DNA of 64,000 nucleotides, from assembly GCA_002189035.1 (NCBI GenBank), contig NEEC01000009.1, positions 1,178,001-1,242,000 on the forward strand, given 5' to 3'. A model generated the notes under the pieces. The model saw only the letters and a program-made list of their open reading frames with translations, did no database searches and was not told the DNA's origin. This DNA is from Utricularia gibba (taxonomy: Eukaryota > Plantae > Magnoliophyta). The translations under genes and the position numbers were made by a program. Positions 37,709 through 50,010 of this stretch are shown piece after piece; position 1 is the stretch's first letter; each line of letters opens with the position of its first letter.

Positions 37709-38705
37709 GTGTCCTCGTATCTAGTAGACTGGTCTAGCTGGTACGGAAAGATCATTACCGTTATTTATAAAAATTAGAGGAAAAAAACCCTTTTCCAAAA
37801 GCAAAAACATAAAAATACCTGGGCACGGTCACATGTATATGATTTTTTTTTCATTTTTTTTTGCATATTATGTCAGAATCCAGCCTATTTTTATTTTCAA
37901 AAAACAAAAATGGTGGGTCGGGAATCGGGATGTGCCCATACAAAAAGTAATGAATCCAACCGTTGGGCCGACTCTGAACACGCTGCACTTAAATCTCAAA
38001 ACCAGTTTACAACCACAAAAAAAAAAAACAAATAATAATAATGTGAAACAAAAGATGCAAAGGAAGCTGTTTTGGAAAAGCGGTAGGAGTACACAGATTT
38101 GCAAGCGCGGGTTGGGGGAATAAATATCAGGGAGAGTTCGTGAGTCTCGTGATGGGGGAGCGTGTCAGCCTTGCGCTGGTGAGACGTGGCTGCCTGCCGG
38201 CCGCTGCCGCCGGGCCCAAGTCCATCAAACCCGCCCATTGTATTCCCAGGATCTACATCCATGGGCCCCACTCACTTTCAATTTCAAACACCAATGTTTC
38301 CGTCCAATAAACCAACCAGAAAATGTTATTAGATTGCATTTGGTAGGTTTCAAATATTTTATATAGTAGATATATATTTTTAATTTATGTATTATTTGTA
38401 TAATTTTTTCAATCATATATTTGAAAAAAAATTTAAATGTTTTTTGATATATTTTAAATATATTTACAAATATAGTAATATTTTAAATATTTAATTGTAA
38501 AAATAGAATATATTTATTTAAAATAAAATACTTATATACATTATTAATTAAATTGTACTGTTAAACGCAGGCTTAGCATATCTTAACAACTCATTCTCAT
38601 TTTTTTAGGCATCGAAATAAAAAAATAAAGAAATTATTTATTTAATTGTTACTTACATGATTGTATTTTTGTAGTGATATATAATATAAGATTTATTTTG
38701 ACACA

Positions 38706-38905
38706 TGGGCTAGATGTTTGAGTTTGGGCATGGGTAGGCCCACTATGTACTCACTTAGTACATAATGAAGGGCAAGGCCCACATTATTGATGGGCCAATG
38801 CACAGGTGGGTTGCAGTAACGACGTCGTTTTGTGCGAGATTGTTAAAACCCTATCCTCAACAGAAGGGCAGTTTTTTGGCGACGGAAAGTGTGGCTTAAA
38901 CCCTA
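38706..38905 (+). promoter_or_regulatory. Site II plus telo-box promoter of the DEAD-box helicase
   Basis: TGGGCT at 38706, GGCCCA at 38737 and 38776, TGGGCC at 38791. AAACCCTA at 38846 and 38898. This combination is typical of ribosome-biogenesis and RNA-metabolism genes. Confidence 0.65.
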
Positions 38906-38981
38906 CTTCCCTGTGATAGGAGTTCAGTGCAGACTCCTCCACGGGAAGTTACGTCGGCCCTTGTTTACATATTTGTATATT

Positions 38982-41900
38982 ATGACATGCCGGCTGACTC
39001 CCGTTCTCGGACCCTTTTTTTTGGGGGTCTTGCGGCATAGACTGCGGTATCCTGTTGTCGGTTCCTCAATTTCGACGCGGAGGGTGTTGTTGAACCGAAG
39101 TCTGACCCATAACTTTGTTCCAATGGGTAAAGCTGGGCTGTCTACTCGCTCGGGCAGGGAAGGAAAGGGTTCTGGGTTCAGGACGGATACGCGGAGTTTG
39201 ATAGATGACGAGGCTGAGCTGAGCGACTGGGTGAGTGGATTGAGCTCTAGTTCAAAAAATAAGACAAGGTTGTATAGTGACAGCGGCAATGATGAGGGTG
39301 GAAATGGGGGTTTCAAGGGAAGAGAAGGAGCTGGGAAGAGAAGACGGGATAGTGCGGTCGATGGAGATTTTGATTCCCGGAGTAAGCGAAGGGATGCAAG
39401 CCAGGATTTTTTCTCTGGTAGCAGGAAGAATGTGGGTGATTCCAGGACGGGAATGCTTCGAAGAAAAAGTAATGATCGTGAGATGGGGAATTTTGAGAGA
39501 GGGGGAGGATTTGAAAGGCAATTTGCAGATAACAGAGGGAAGCGAAATGGATTCATGAGCGGGGGCAACAGGGGAAGAGGGGATGGCAGGCAAACTGATA
39601 GACGATTTGAATCAATCAATGAAAGGGGTGGAAGTGTTGGTCGAGGTGGTTCGAAATTCAGAACATTTGAGAAAAATCCACCCAAAAGGCAGCTTTTTGA
39701 TGATGGCACCGAGGAGGAAGAAAGAGGTGACCTTTATAAAAATTTCAAGAAGTTGATTGAGAGTGAAGAAGAAGAAGAAGATGATGATGATGAAAATGAC
39801 GTCGATGATGAGGAAGAAGTGTCAAATGGGGGGGTCCAGGAAGCAGCGTTTCCAGTCAAGAGCTCTGGGAGTTCAATCGGAAGTGATTCTTATCTTAGTG
39901 AAAGCAGGTATCGTATCCCTTCTTTATATTTGTTTCCAGAAAAATGTTTAGTTACATTTGTTTACTTTTCTATATTTCAACATATTAACGCAGGTTTGAT
40001 GACTGTCCAGTCTCACCTTTTTCACTTAAGGCGGTCAAGGATGCTGGATATGAGAAGATGACCTTGGTGCAAGAAGCAACACTTCCTGTCATATTAAAAG
40101 GTAGAAGAAGCAAACGAATAAGAACCCCACTTGTTCATGAACTCCATGTGTTTAAGCATGACTTGATGTAGTACCTGACCCTCTCTCTCTCTCCCTCCTT
40201 TTCTTTTTCTTGCATTGTCAATCTCCTTACGTTTTTCAGTTGTTCATCGTTGATGTTAGCTGTCATAACTTATGATATGGGCTGCAGGTAAGGATGTCCT
40301 TGCCAAGGCAAAAACTGGAACCGGCAAAACTGTTGCTTTCTTGGTAAATCCCTATATTTCCTGTAATTGTCTGTTGTTACTCAAGGGGATCTTTTTAGTG
40401 GTCTTGTGCATGATCACTTGAGTGGTTTTGTTTATTTGCTCCCCATTGCCGTGCATCGTTTTGAGGAGAGATCTTTCTTGTATGCTTATATCTGCGCCTG
40501 AATTCCAGCTTCCTGCTATAGAAGTCGTGGCAAAATTGCCTCAAGCTGCCCAATCCGAAAAGAGACCTCCAATACTTGTGCTCATTATATGCCCCACTAG
40601 GGAGCTTGCGTGCCAGGCTGCTGCAGAGGCCAATAAGTTGTTAAAATACCATCGTTCCATTGGTACTCAAGTTGTCATTGGTGGAACACGGTTAGCACTG
40701 GAACAAAAGAGAATGCAAGCAAATCCGTGTCAGGTTCGTCCTTTGCATTAAGATTGCATCTAATGACACCACCAAAAATGAGGGAAGATGTGCTGCTAGC
40801 CATGCTTATGTCAATTCTCTGAGTCCTTCTAACTCATCTTCTGTTTTTTACTAAAAAAAAAAAAAAACAGATACTTGTAGCTACTCCAGGAAGGCTTAGG
40901 GATCATATAGAGAACACTGCTGGATTTGCTACTCGGCTGATGGGGGTTAAGGTTTTGGTCCTTGATGAAGCTGATCATTTACTGGGCCTAGGATTCCGTA
41001 AAGAAATAGAAAGAATCGTAGATGCTGTTCCCAAACAGCGCCAAACATTGTTATTTTCTGCTACCATCCCACCTGAGGTAACACTGTTAACCAAGTTTTT
41101 TTAGCTTTCCCTGTGATTTGGATTTCCTAAATGGATAGATTGCCGAGGCAGGTGCGTCAAATTTGTCATATTGCTTTAAAAAGAGACCACGAGTATATAA
41201 ATGCGGTGAAGGAAGGATCAGAAGACACACATTCACAGGTACATACATCAGAATTCTTCCTTCTTACTGAATTTTCCCCATCTTCTGTTTCAGCCTCACT
41301 GAGTTTCGTGTTATTTCAAAATTTGTCCCAGGTGAGACAAACTCACCTAGTTGCCGATTCAGACCATCATTTTTCACTTCTTTACACTCTGTTGAAAGAT
41401 CATATTGCAGATGATGTCCATTACAAGGTGAGTTGCTTTCTTGAGTACTGTATCTCTGCTTGCGTCACCATGATATTCATCAGTTCTGGGGAAGATACAA
41501 AATCTTCGATTTGAAGAATCATGTGACTATGCTTGCAGGTCCTTGTTTTCTGCACAACAGCCATGGTCACAAAGCTTGTTGCCGAGCTTTTGTCTGAACT
41601 TAAGCTGAACGTGCGAGAGATCCATTCCCGGAAGTCTCAGTCCTACAGAACTAAAGTCTCTGATGAATTTCGCAAATCAACTGGCCTTATCCTCGTGACT
41701 TCAGATGTCTCAGCACGCGGTGTAGATTACCCAGATGTCACCCTTGTTGTACAGGTATTCATCTATCTTACACAAACCTCAGTGTCTCTACACTTCCAGA
41801 ACCTGAATCGATCCCCCCCTCTTCCTCCCTCGCTTCTAGATGGGTCTTCCTGCTGACAAACAGCAATACATACACCGTCTTGGTCGAACCGGACGAAAGG

Positions 41901-42324
41901 GGAAAGAAGGGCAAGGCATATTGTTGTTGGCACCCTGGGAGGAGTTCTTTCTGTCCAGTATCAAGGACTTACCCGTGTCAAAAGCATCACCCCCCATTGT
42001 TGATCCAGAAACTCGTAAAAAGGTTGGTTCTTTTCCCCCTCCCTGGCTTCTTCTGCTCATGGCAGTGAACTGATGTTATTCACTGTGCGCCTGCAGGTGG
42101 ATCGAGCTCTTTCCTACGTAGAAATGAAGACTAAAGAAGCGGCATACCAGGCATGGCTTGGCTACTACAACTCCAACTCAAATGTGGGCAGAGACAAATT
42201 CAGACTCGTAGAGCTTGCAAATGAGTTCAGCCGGTGCATGGGACTCGACAACCCTCCAGCCATTCCCAAGCTCGTTCTGGGTAAAATGGGCCTCAAGAAC
42301 GTGCCTGGATTGCGGTCCAAGTAG
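38982..42324 (+). CDS. DEAD-box ATP-dependent RNA helicase (RH25/26/31 clade), probably organelle-targeted, 10 exons
   Basis: SLIDDEAELSDWVS, RG-rich N-terminal region, Q-motif (GYEKMTLVQEATLP), AKAKTGTGKTVAF, ICPTRELA, VLDEADH, LLFSAT, TSDVSARGVDYP, YIHRLGRTGRKG, C-terminal AAYQAWLGYYNS..LKNVPGLRSK*. Confidence 0.92.
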
Positions 42325-42486
42325 ATCTTTTTTTGTATTACTATTTTTGTGCTGTAACGTGGATTTAATTTTTTTTCTTTATAATAGTTTTAATATTGGA
42401 AAATTACAATATTAAAATTTGTCGTATATATAGTTTTCGATTGGGCCAGGCCCAATCATCTGCACGGGGAATGGGGGAAACTCCTT

Positions 42487-43926
42487 TCACTCGAGGAGAA
42501 CATCCAGGAGCCTCGTTTTCACCGTCGCCGGAACTTTCTCCGCCTCCACCTCCACAGTTTTTAGCCGCTGTAAATTTTCCACCAGGTATTCTACTCCGGC
42601 GCTGCTAATCCCGCAGCAGAGTTTCATGCCCATAGTTTCCAAGTTCTTGCAATTTCGAACCACCGCATGGAGACACGAGTCCGTCAATTTGCTACATCCA
42701 GACAGTTTCAGATCAGTCAGAAATGTACAGGAGGCCAGCATTGAGCTCAATTCCTTGTCTTGGATATTCTCGTTGTAGGATAAATCTAATTTCCTCAGCC
42801 GCCGCAGATTTTGCCCTAGGGTAGTTAACAGCCCTGGTTCCCTTTCCACCGCTTTACAGTTGACCAACGCGAGTTCCTCGAGGAAGTTTGAATTTGCCGC
42901 CGTTAGCGCCTTCAGCCCGTCGCCGATCGGGAGACAGGAGCTTTCTAGCCGCAGAGTGGTTAAGGTTGTGCTGCGATGTTCCGACAAGGCGATCAAATGG
43001 GAATTCTCCAAGTCGAGAGGTAGTCGCAGATTTAGGTTTTTCAAACCGTGTCTGCTCTGATTGATGAATTGCAGCAAACTTTCTCTACTGCATCCATCAT
43101 GAATCGATAGGGAATTTACAGAGACGGAGTGTCCGGCCAGACTTAACAATACAACGTCAACGATTGTTCTGCAACTTCGTAGCTCCAGTTCTTGAAGACC
43201 GCCGCAGGAAAGAAGAAAACCCAGAAACGAAGAATGATCCCCAAGGCTTTCGCAACTGGTGAGCTTCAATTTCTTGATGTTTTTACAATTTCTCCATAGA
43301 AAACCGACCTCATAATCCCCAGATATAGTTCTGTTCAGCGAAAGAATTTCCAGATTCTTTATTTCGCCCTCTACAGCGGCGGAGTTGAACGGAGAGGGAG
43401 AATCTGCGGTCGCCGGAGGATTTATCAATGAAATTGAAAGCTGCTTCAACGACTTGAAAAGCGGGAGCCAGTGAAAACAGAGGGGACGAGAGACATGAAT
43501 ATCAATCGAAGAAAGATGGGCACATAAAGACGCCAGGGTAAACAGAGGGGAGATCGACACCGTGCATCCCGAAAATATGAGACTCCGGAGTTGGGGGCAC
43601 GAATCCCCAACCGCAAGTAAAACCGAATCCGCTCCACATCCGCCGCCGCCGACCACGGCGAGAGTGGACAAGACGCAGTGCTTGCGTAAGAAGGCTGATA
43701 CAAAAGCGCACACGGCGGGGGTGTACGGATATGGGACGTGCAGCTTGAGAGAGGTGGTGGAGGAGCGGATGAGGCGGCACCAGCGTCTGGAGACGAGGGA
43801 GACGTTGGTGGCGGCGACCGGCGGCAGCCTCCGGAAGATTTCCTGGAGAAGCTCCTCACAGAGGAGCTCGTCCATCTCGTTAGATAGACTTTCGTAATCA
43901 ATTTGCTGTGTCCAGATCCTTTTCAT
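42487..43926 (-). CDS. F-box/LRR-repeat protein, intronless (start is ATG 43926 or 43875)
   Basis: 479-aa ORF. F-box LCEELLQEIFRRLPP..VSLVSRRWCRL followed by cysteine-containing LRRs (LQELELRSCRTIVD, LRKLDLSYNE, LTDLKLSGCSKLTD). Confidence 0.88.
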   Translation of the reverse strand: MKRIWTQQIDYESLSNEMDELLCEELLQEIFRRLPPVAATNVSLVSRRWCRLIRSSTTSLKLHVPYPYTPAVCAFVSAFLRKHCVLSTLAVVGGGGCGADSVLLAVGDSCPQLRSLIFSGCTVSISPLFTLASLCAHLSSIDIHVSRPLCFHWLPLFKSLKQLSISLINPPATADSPSPFNSAAVEGEIKNLEILSLNRTISGDYEVGFLWRNCKNIKKLKLTSCESLGDHSSFLGFLLSCGGLQELELRSCRTIVDVVLLSLAGHSVSVNSLSIHDGCSRESLLQFINQSRHGLKNLNLRLPLDLENSHLIALSEHRSTTLTTLRLESSCLPIGDGLKALTAANSNFLEELALVNCKAVEREPGLLTTLGQNLRRLRKLDLSYNENIQDKELSSMLASCTFLTDLKLSGCSKLTDSCLHAVVRNCKNLETMGMKLCCGISSAGVEYLVENLQRLKTVEVEAEKVPATVKTRLLDVLLE

Positions 43927-44726
43927 ATATTTTATTTTGGTTAATTAATTCCCATTTGTAGTTAGTGGGGTTGATGTGATTCAAATTTCGAATCCATGTC
44001 CGATGTCCATCAAGATGCTGAAGATTTTTTTGCAATATTTAAATTGAAATTATTGGGGCATGTCATGTTCCATTATCTACAGGTATCCATTCACTCTTAT
44101 TCTAAATTCCCAATGTATATAGACTATATTTTATAATCGAAAACTCTACCTTTTCTTCATATCAATAACACTCCATACAAGCGTTGCATCAATCGCTCTA
44201 CATAGATACAAACCCACATCGGCTTTCGTTATATTGTGACTCCCAAGGAACGACTATTTATAATTTATAGCATGGACAGCTTTTAAGAATCCTCCGAAAA
44301 AAGCAAAAACTTATGCGCCGTGGGGCTTTCGTGAGAAGTTGCGGGAATATGTCCGCGTGACGGATAAGCGTGGCAAGTGAAAAGAAGGATGAAGCGCACA
44401 CGAACCTGCCACGTTTCACTGATCCGTTCTTATCCTGAAGAAGATGTGAACGCTGAGTTTTGTTCGCTCTGATTGGCTGGCTGGCCTCAGAGCAGCTTTG
44501 GTTCCTTGTAGAAATGTCATTAGTAAGTAATTCACAAAACGTGGTATAACTGATGCCAGATTTCTGACTCTAGTGGTCCATCATCAACTCTCACACACAC
44601 ACCGCCGTAGGGGGTGCCTGCTGTCGACAAAAGAATGTAAGGTCCAGCGCAGAAAGCAGCCAACGGTCCACTTGTGCGTCTGTCGTCTCTACTTATACTA
44701 CCCCCTCTCCACTCAACAACAAAGCC

Positions 44727-45145
44727 ATGGATAAGCGAAGGCCGAAGCATCCCGAGTCCGGAGGTTTGGTTCACTGCTCCTCTATTACAATGCATGCGTC
44801 GTCATGTCTACTTAGTTTTCTTGGTCTCTGACGTGTCTGTGTTTGAAGCAGAGGTGAGCAGTAAGAGGCTGGAAATGTCAGCGGAAGAAGTAGATCTCAT
44901 ACACAGAATGCACAAGCTCGTCGGAGACAGGTTATTTTCCCAATCTCAGCCGCATAGATTCATCACAGACGCATGCCCCATGTCGTGAAACACTTGCGTA
45001 TTGTCGATTTGCTGTGTTTTTCCAACACGAGTGCCTTCCTTTCGTGGGTTTCAGATGGGGGCTGATCGCTGGAAGGATTCCAGGGAGGACTCCCGCTGAG
45101 ATTCAGAAGTTTTGGGAACAGAAGAAACTTGGCAGCAGCCAATGA
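44727..45145 (+). CDS. CPC: Single-repeat R3-MYB repressor (CPC/TRY/ETC family), 68 aa, 3 exons
   Basis: Exons 44727-44763, 44852-44930 and 45055-45145 give [68 protein letters not shown]. The bHLH-binding motif [DE]Lx2[RK]x3Lx6Lx3R is intact. Confidence 0.9.
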
Positions 45146-45719
45146 ACCGGGCTCCTGCCTTGCGATTCCAGAGGATAGGCATCAAGTGTCTGCAAAAAAA
45201 AAAGGGGGTGGGGAAGGATGGCCCCTACTCTGTTGCTATCAATACATACTCCATGTAACCTTCCTTCACCGTTGGGTGATGAATGAATTCGGTTGGATTT
45301 TAGAGTTTAGACCTACTTGATTCACCCAAACGAAAACTTCATCATCATTCTTGTAGTGTGGCATCAGCAATTCGCCCTGAGTCCATGTAGTTCTGGTTTA
45401 GGATGATCAACAAGCTCCTCTTGTTTGTCTTTATCCGCCCAGGAAGGGCCGACACGTGGGGCGCACGCATCCTCATGGTCTATCCACGCACCGCGCACAA
45501 GAACACCCGCCACCACCACAGACTCCACAGGGGCCCCACACCATTATGCTCTAAGGCAAGTGCCTGGATGACGACTATTGACTAGTTGCGGCGGGCTAAC
45601 CCTGTGGGCTTTGTCACCAGATTCTCCACGTTAACAGTAGCTGCACCAATAGAACCATCCCATCAATATTGGAACCCTGCTTCCTCAACTCTGCCTTTAA
45701 AAACGGCTCCCTCGACGTT

Positions 45720-46396
45720 TTACCTTTGTCAGATTAATTGCATTTGCATTTTACCCTACTTTCAATTTTTCTTTGAAAATTACCTTATGTTCGTCAACCA
45801 TTTGTAAAATACCTTAGATTAAGGTTTAATTTATAAATTAAATCATAAAAAATATAAATACACAAAAGTTAATCTTTATTCAACTCATAATACTAAATCT
45901 GAAATTTAAAAATTTCATAATCTAAACCCAAAAATTTAAACTTAAAATCCAAAACTTAAATTTGAAATCTTAAACCCTTAAATCTTAAATCACAAAACTA
46001 AATATCAAGTTCTAAAATTTAAACCTTCAACTCTAAAATTTAAATATGAAACCAAAAAAATTAAATCCCAATTAAAATCTTAAATCCTAAATCAGTAATC
46101 TTAAAAAAATTGTGAAATCTTAAACCCTAAACTCTAAATCAGTAATCATAAAAATTACTGATAAAATTATGAAAACTTAATATATAATATTCCTAAGTTA
46201 TAAATACCAAATTTTAAACTTTAAAATTGAACCCCTAAATTATAAATCCAAAAAAAACATACAAAAACGAAAAAAGCATAAAGTAGGGTAAAACGCAAAG
46301 AACAACTTATTTTTTTAGTAATTTACAAATCTTTGCTATAAATAGGGTAAATGGCAAATAAAATAAAAAAGTTCAGGTATTTAGCTCATTTCCCCT
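45720..46396. mobile_element. Degenerate long-inverted-repeat (MULE-like) non-autonomous element with an internal telomere-like array
   Basis: Inverted matches: gcattttaccctactt (45746-45761) vs 46281-46296 (15/16), and atttgtaaaatac (45800-45812) vs 46318-46330 (12/13). The interior 45890-46240 is rich in aaaccct/aaatctt/taaatcc variants. Confidence 0.45.
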
Positions 46397-48205
46397 TGAA
46401 AAAACAACCATCAATTGTTTTTACAAACAGTTAATAATAATAATTCAATCTCAATTTCATTAAATTTAATTCTTGAATAGTTGGTGGTAAAAAAATATTC
46501 AGCGATTATTATTAAAAAAATGTTAATTTTTTTATATTATTTTCGTCACTCCATGGACCATCATTCATAGTTTGATATTTCTGACGATTGGATTGTTACT
46601 TTTTTCTAGAAATACTTTTTGGGGTTATTATCAATTATTTTTTTTGTTATGTATTTGACAATTATAAGGTTACATTTTAATTAGTTATGTTTTATCTAAT
46701 TTATTATTTATTAATTTTTAATAAAATATTTTGTTTTTATATTAATAAAATCATAAAAATCATAAATTTTAAATAAACATATTCTAATCGTATCCTAGTA
46801 GGACATTTTAAAATTTATCATATCCATATCTATGTACTCGTATTCATACTGTTGACACGTCGTACCCATGCTTTGTAGCTTAAATGTGGTGGACGGCTTC
46901 AGTCCATTCCATATTTTAAATTGGGCCGGTGGCCCATTTTGGAGTCTTCGATTTGTAGAACAGGGCGGCCACATGCCTCGACCTTTTTTTTCCTTGTAAA
47001 AACGAAGTTTCAAAATTATTACCCCGATAAATAAATATCCTTAATGATTGGATATATTTTTAATAATTAAACTGAGATTTTATCCTAATTATGGTAATCG
47101 AAACCAACCTAAACTTCATTATCCTCATAATTTCAAAGGCGAGGAACAACGCAGTGTACGAATTCACACCGACGTAGGAAAAGCAAGCGACAAATGAGCG
47201 GTTGCTAGCAACCAACTCCGACAAAAAAAATCGTACAACAGACAACAATTCCAGATCGGTATTGGTGTGAACACCATTGGGAAGCCCATAAATTCATTCA
47301 CGTATGGATAAAATTCTTAATAAAAGTAAATGTTAAAATTAATTGGAAACGGAAAATGCGTGGAAGTATCCCTTGGGTCCATCACGTGGACAAATCCCAT
47401 GTGGTGGTATGTAGATAGGGAGTGGAGGGGGGAAAGGATGGACATTGGGGGATTGGATTCCGTCATGTAGTAATGTAGGCGGGCCCCGGGCCCACGCCAA
47501 CGAGGCTGTTATGCTACTCTCTGTCCGGCGGCTCCCGATTTTGTGTCTTTTTCTGATATTTTTAAATTAAATGACTTGACAGTGACTTTCTTGTTAGAAA
47601 TTAACATGAATTTTATTAAAAAAAAAGGAACCTAACAAATCCACCCATATTCCATTCCATTCGGTAATAATTCCAAAATAAGAACTACATCCTATTCTGT
47701 TATAAACAACAATCCACGCTTTTATATTTAGTTAAATATGAATATAAATTAATAGTATATTTAATACATAAAAATGAAGAGGGAGTATTGAATGGTGGGG
47801 AGATTATTTACTTACAAGTTTATTTTTTTTGTTTGTTTTTGTTAGATGGGAATGCCCTCCTACCTGACATGGCATGCCAACGACCTGCATTCAATCTCAT
47901 CCCCTCCCAAGTGGATTGGTTTGGATTGTAATAAAATATTACAATAAATAGTTACAGTTGTGTTGGGGTTTTCCCTCCTGCAGATCCAACCAGGCAGGCA
48001 CCAAGTCTGCTTCCCTTAGATCAGTGACGCTTATCTTGCTCAGATGCCGCCCGCCGTTGGATGGGATTCCCCTGCGGCGCCGAGACGGCCCGGCCAACCA
48101 CAAAACAGCACACATCGTCATGGATTTAATAATAGAAAGGGTCAGTGCAATTAAATACTATAAACCAGAAAAAGGCAATCAATACGTGTATTGGTATTAT
48201 TTTTA

Positions 48206-48232
<27 letters not shown>
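48206..48232. repeat. (AC)13 microsatellite
   Basis: Seen directly. Confidence 0.9.
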
Positions 48233-48236
<4 letters not shown>

Positions 48237-49086
48237 GATAGAGGCTTGTGCGTTCCAAGGCAGTTCAACGTTCAAACGTGGGACCACTGGCCGAATTCTA
48301 GAGGGGAAATGTTGATTGTGGGCTGGAGGACTCGCACACCGTGGACACGGGGATTGGAGCTATTGCATCGCTCCCCCAAGTTCAATTTCTTTTTTTTTTC
48401 CACAGGCGACAGTCATCTCTCTTGGATTATACGGAAAAAAAATCATAATTTTCTTATACACGAGTGGGTCCCATGATTTTTATTTAAAAATGTAGCTTCT
48501 CTTTCGGTATGTTTCTTAAAAATATTTTTTTGAAATCTATTTATCATAATATAAAAATCCAAGAATGCAATCAATTCGTCTAAAAAAATAATTTTTATGT
48601 TTCAAAAATTTCAACATCTAATTAAAAAGTAGATTGAATTCATTATAAAATCATATATACAATAAATAAAATGAATTGGTTTGATAAACTGAATTCATTA
48701 CATCTCTTTTGTTTTCATAATTTCTTGAATGAATTCTATTCAATTTTGGAATATTCTATTTTTAGTCATTTTATACTAAAATTAGAAATTTATATTTTAT
48801 GATTGATTTCAAAAATTATTAAATTTCTTGAATTTTTATTTCAGTAATTAAATAAAATATTAATTAGAAAAATTATTATATTCATTTTTTATGTATTCTA
48901 AACATACATTTATATCATAACATTAAATTTTACAATCTCAAACTAATTCTATTCACATAATCCTAAAACTTATCAAGTTATATTTATAATCCCAATTTCA
49001 AATTAGAAAACATACTCATTATTATCCCCATGACTAGATTTTTGATACTGTCTGATCAACCCGATGTAACATCTCTTCGATCACTC

Positions 49087-49110
49087 TGACTGGTCAACAG
49101 TCAAGAGTCA
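49087..49110. promoter_or_regulatory. W-box cluster about 0.9 kb upstream of the WRKY gene
   Basis: TGACT-GGTCAA-C-AGTCAA-G-AGTCA: two full W-boxes (49092, 49099) and two additional TGAC cores within 24 bp. Confidence 0.6.
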
Positions 49111-50010
49111 TACCACCGACCCGATTAATCCATGATTTTCCTTGAAATGATACACGATTTTAAAATATAATTTTTTTCCTCTCTTATCTTTTATTTAATT
49201 TCTTTTTTGTTTAATAATTATTTCTCGCTATTGTTAGGGTACGGGGGTGCAAGTAGCAATATAATAAAGGGCTCTCAATTGCCGGAAGACCGACGCCTTT
49301 CTTCGAAGGCGGGGTGTGGTGTGCGTCTCGCCTTATCTTCATGACCGACGGAAAACGACAAAACAGATGACGAAACGTTGGTCGCATTTAATTTCAAATT
49401 TGGAAGCGATAAAACAATAATATGAACATGATGATGATATGTGTCGCGATTAAAAGAAAATATAATTTATTCCTTCAGAATAACCCAGTATTTAAATAAA
49501 AGGAAGTTGATGATTTATAAAACTTGGTATACTTTATTTTTACGATATTGTTCATTTTAAACATCAAATATTTATATATTCTTAAGTTTCAAAAAAAAAG
49601 AATAATACTAGATTACAGAATATAATTTTATATAAATTACTCTTTTATTCTATCGGTAATTGATGTGTAATTTGCGTTCTTATACCTTCAAAATTAATTT
49701 TTAATTTTTAAAAAATGTGATTTTATTTTACTGAAAACGTGTAAAAAAGGAGTAGTAACTGTGTCTGAAATGGTCCAAGTACGAATCATTGGGGTATAAT
49801 TACGTTGTAATTGGTAGTGTTTTTTTTTCTTTTTTATTTTTTGGGAATTGGAATCTGTGTATCAAGGGGGCCTTACACGTTGGGGTCCTCATTTCTTCCC
49901 ATTGGCAGCGCGAGAGACGCAAAAATCTCTGAGCTTGAGTTCTCTGTTGACAGAACTGGATTTCATTTAGATTGGGAGTCACGCAATCTTGATTCTGCAT
50001 TCCTTTCTAA

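Noticed and set aside
37996-38271. 91-aa minus-strand ORF with a Gly-rich start
   Set aside because: GTG start, low-complexity tail, and coincidence with G-box/site II promoter sequence; no peptide-hormone motif.
38889-38981. Possible non-AUG (GTG) N-terminal extension of the DEAD-box helicase
   Set aside because: The stretch contains a telo-box typical of 5' UTRs, and ATG 38982 already gives a plausible transit peptide. There is no positive evidence for GTG initiation.
44310-44330. Weak resemblance to the U4 snRNA 5' end (ttatgcgccgtggggc)
   Set aside because: The similarity does not extend to the rest of U4, and there is no Sm site.
48034-48046. TCTTGCTCAGATG resembling the first 13 nt of miR828
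   Set aside because: Mismatch at position 10, no match beyond position 13, and no hairpin partner; probably chance.
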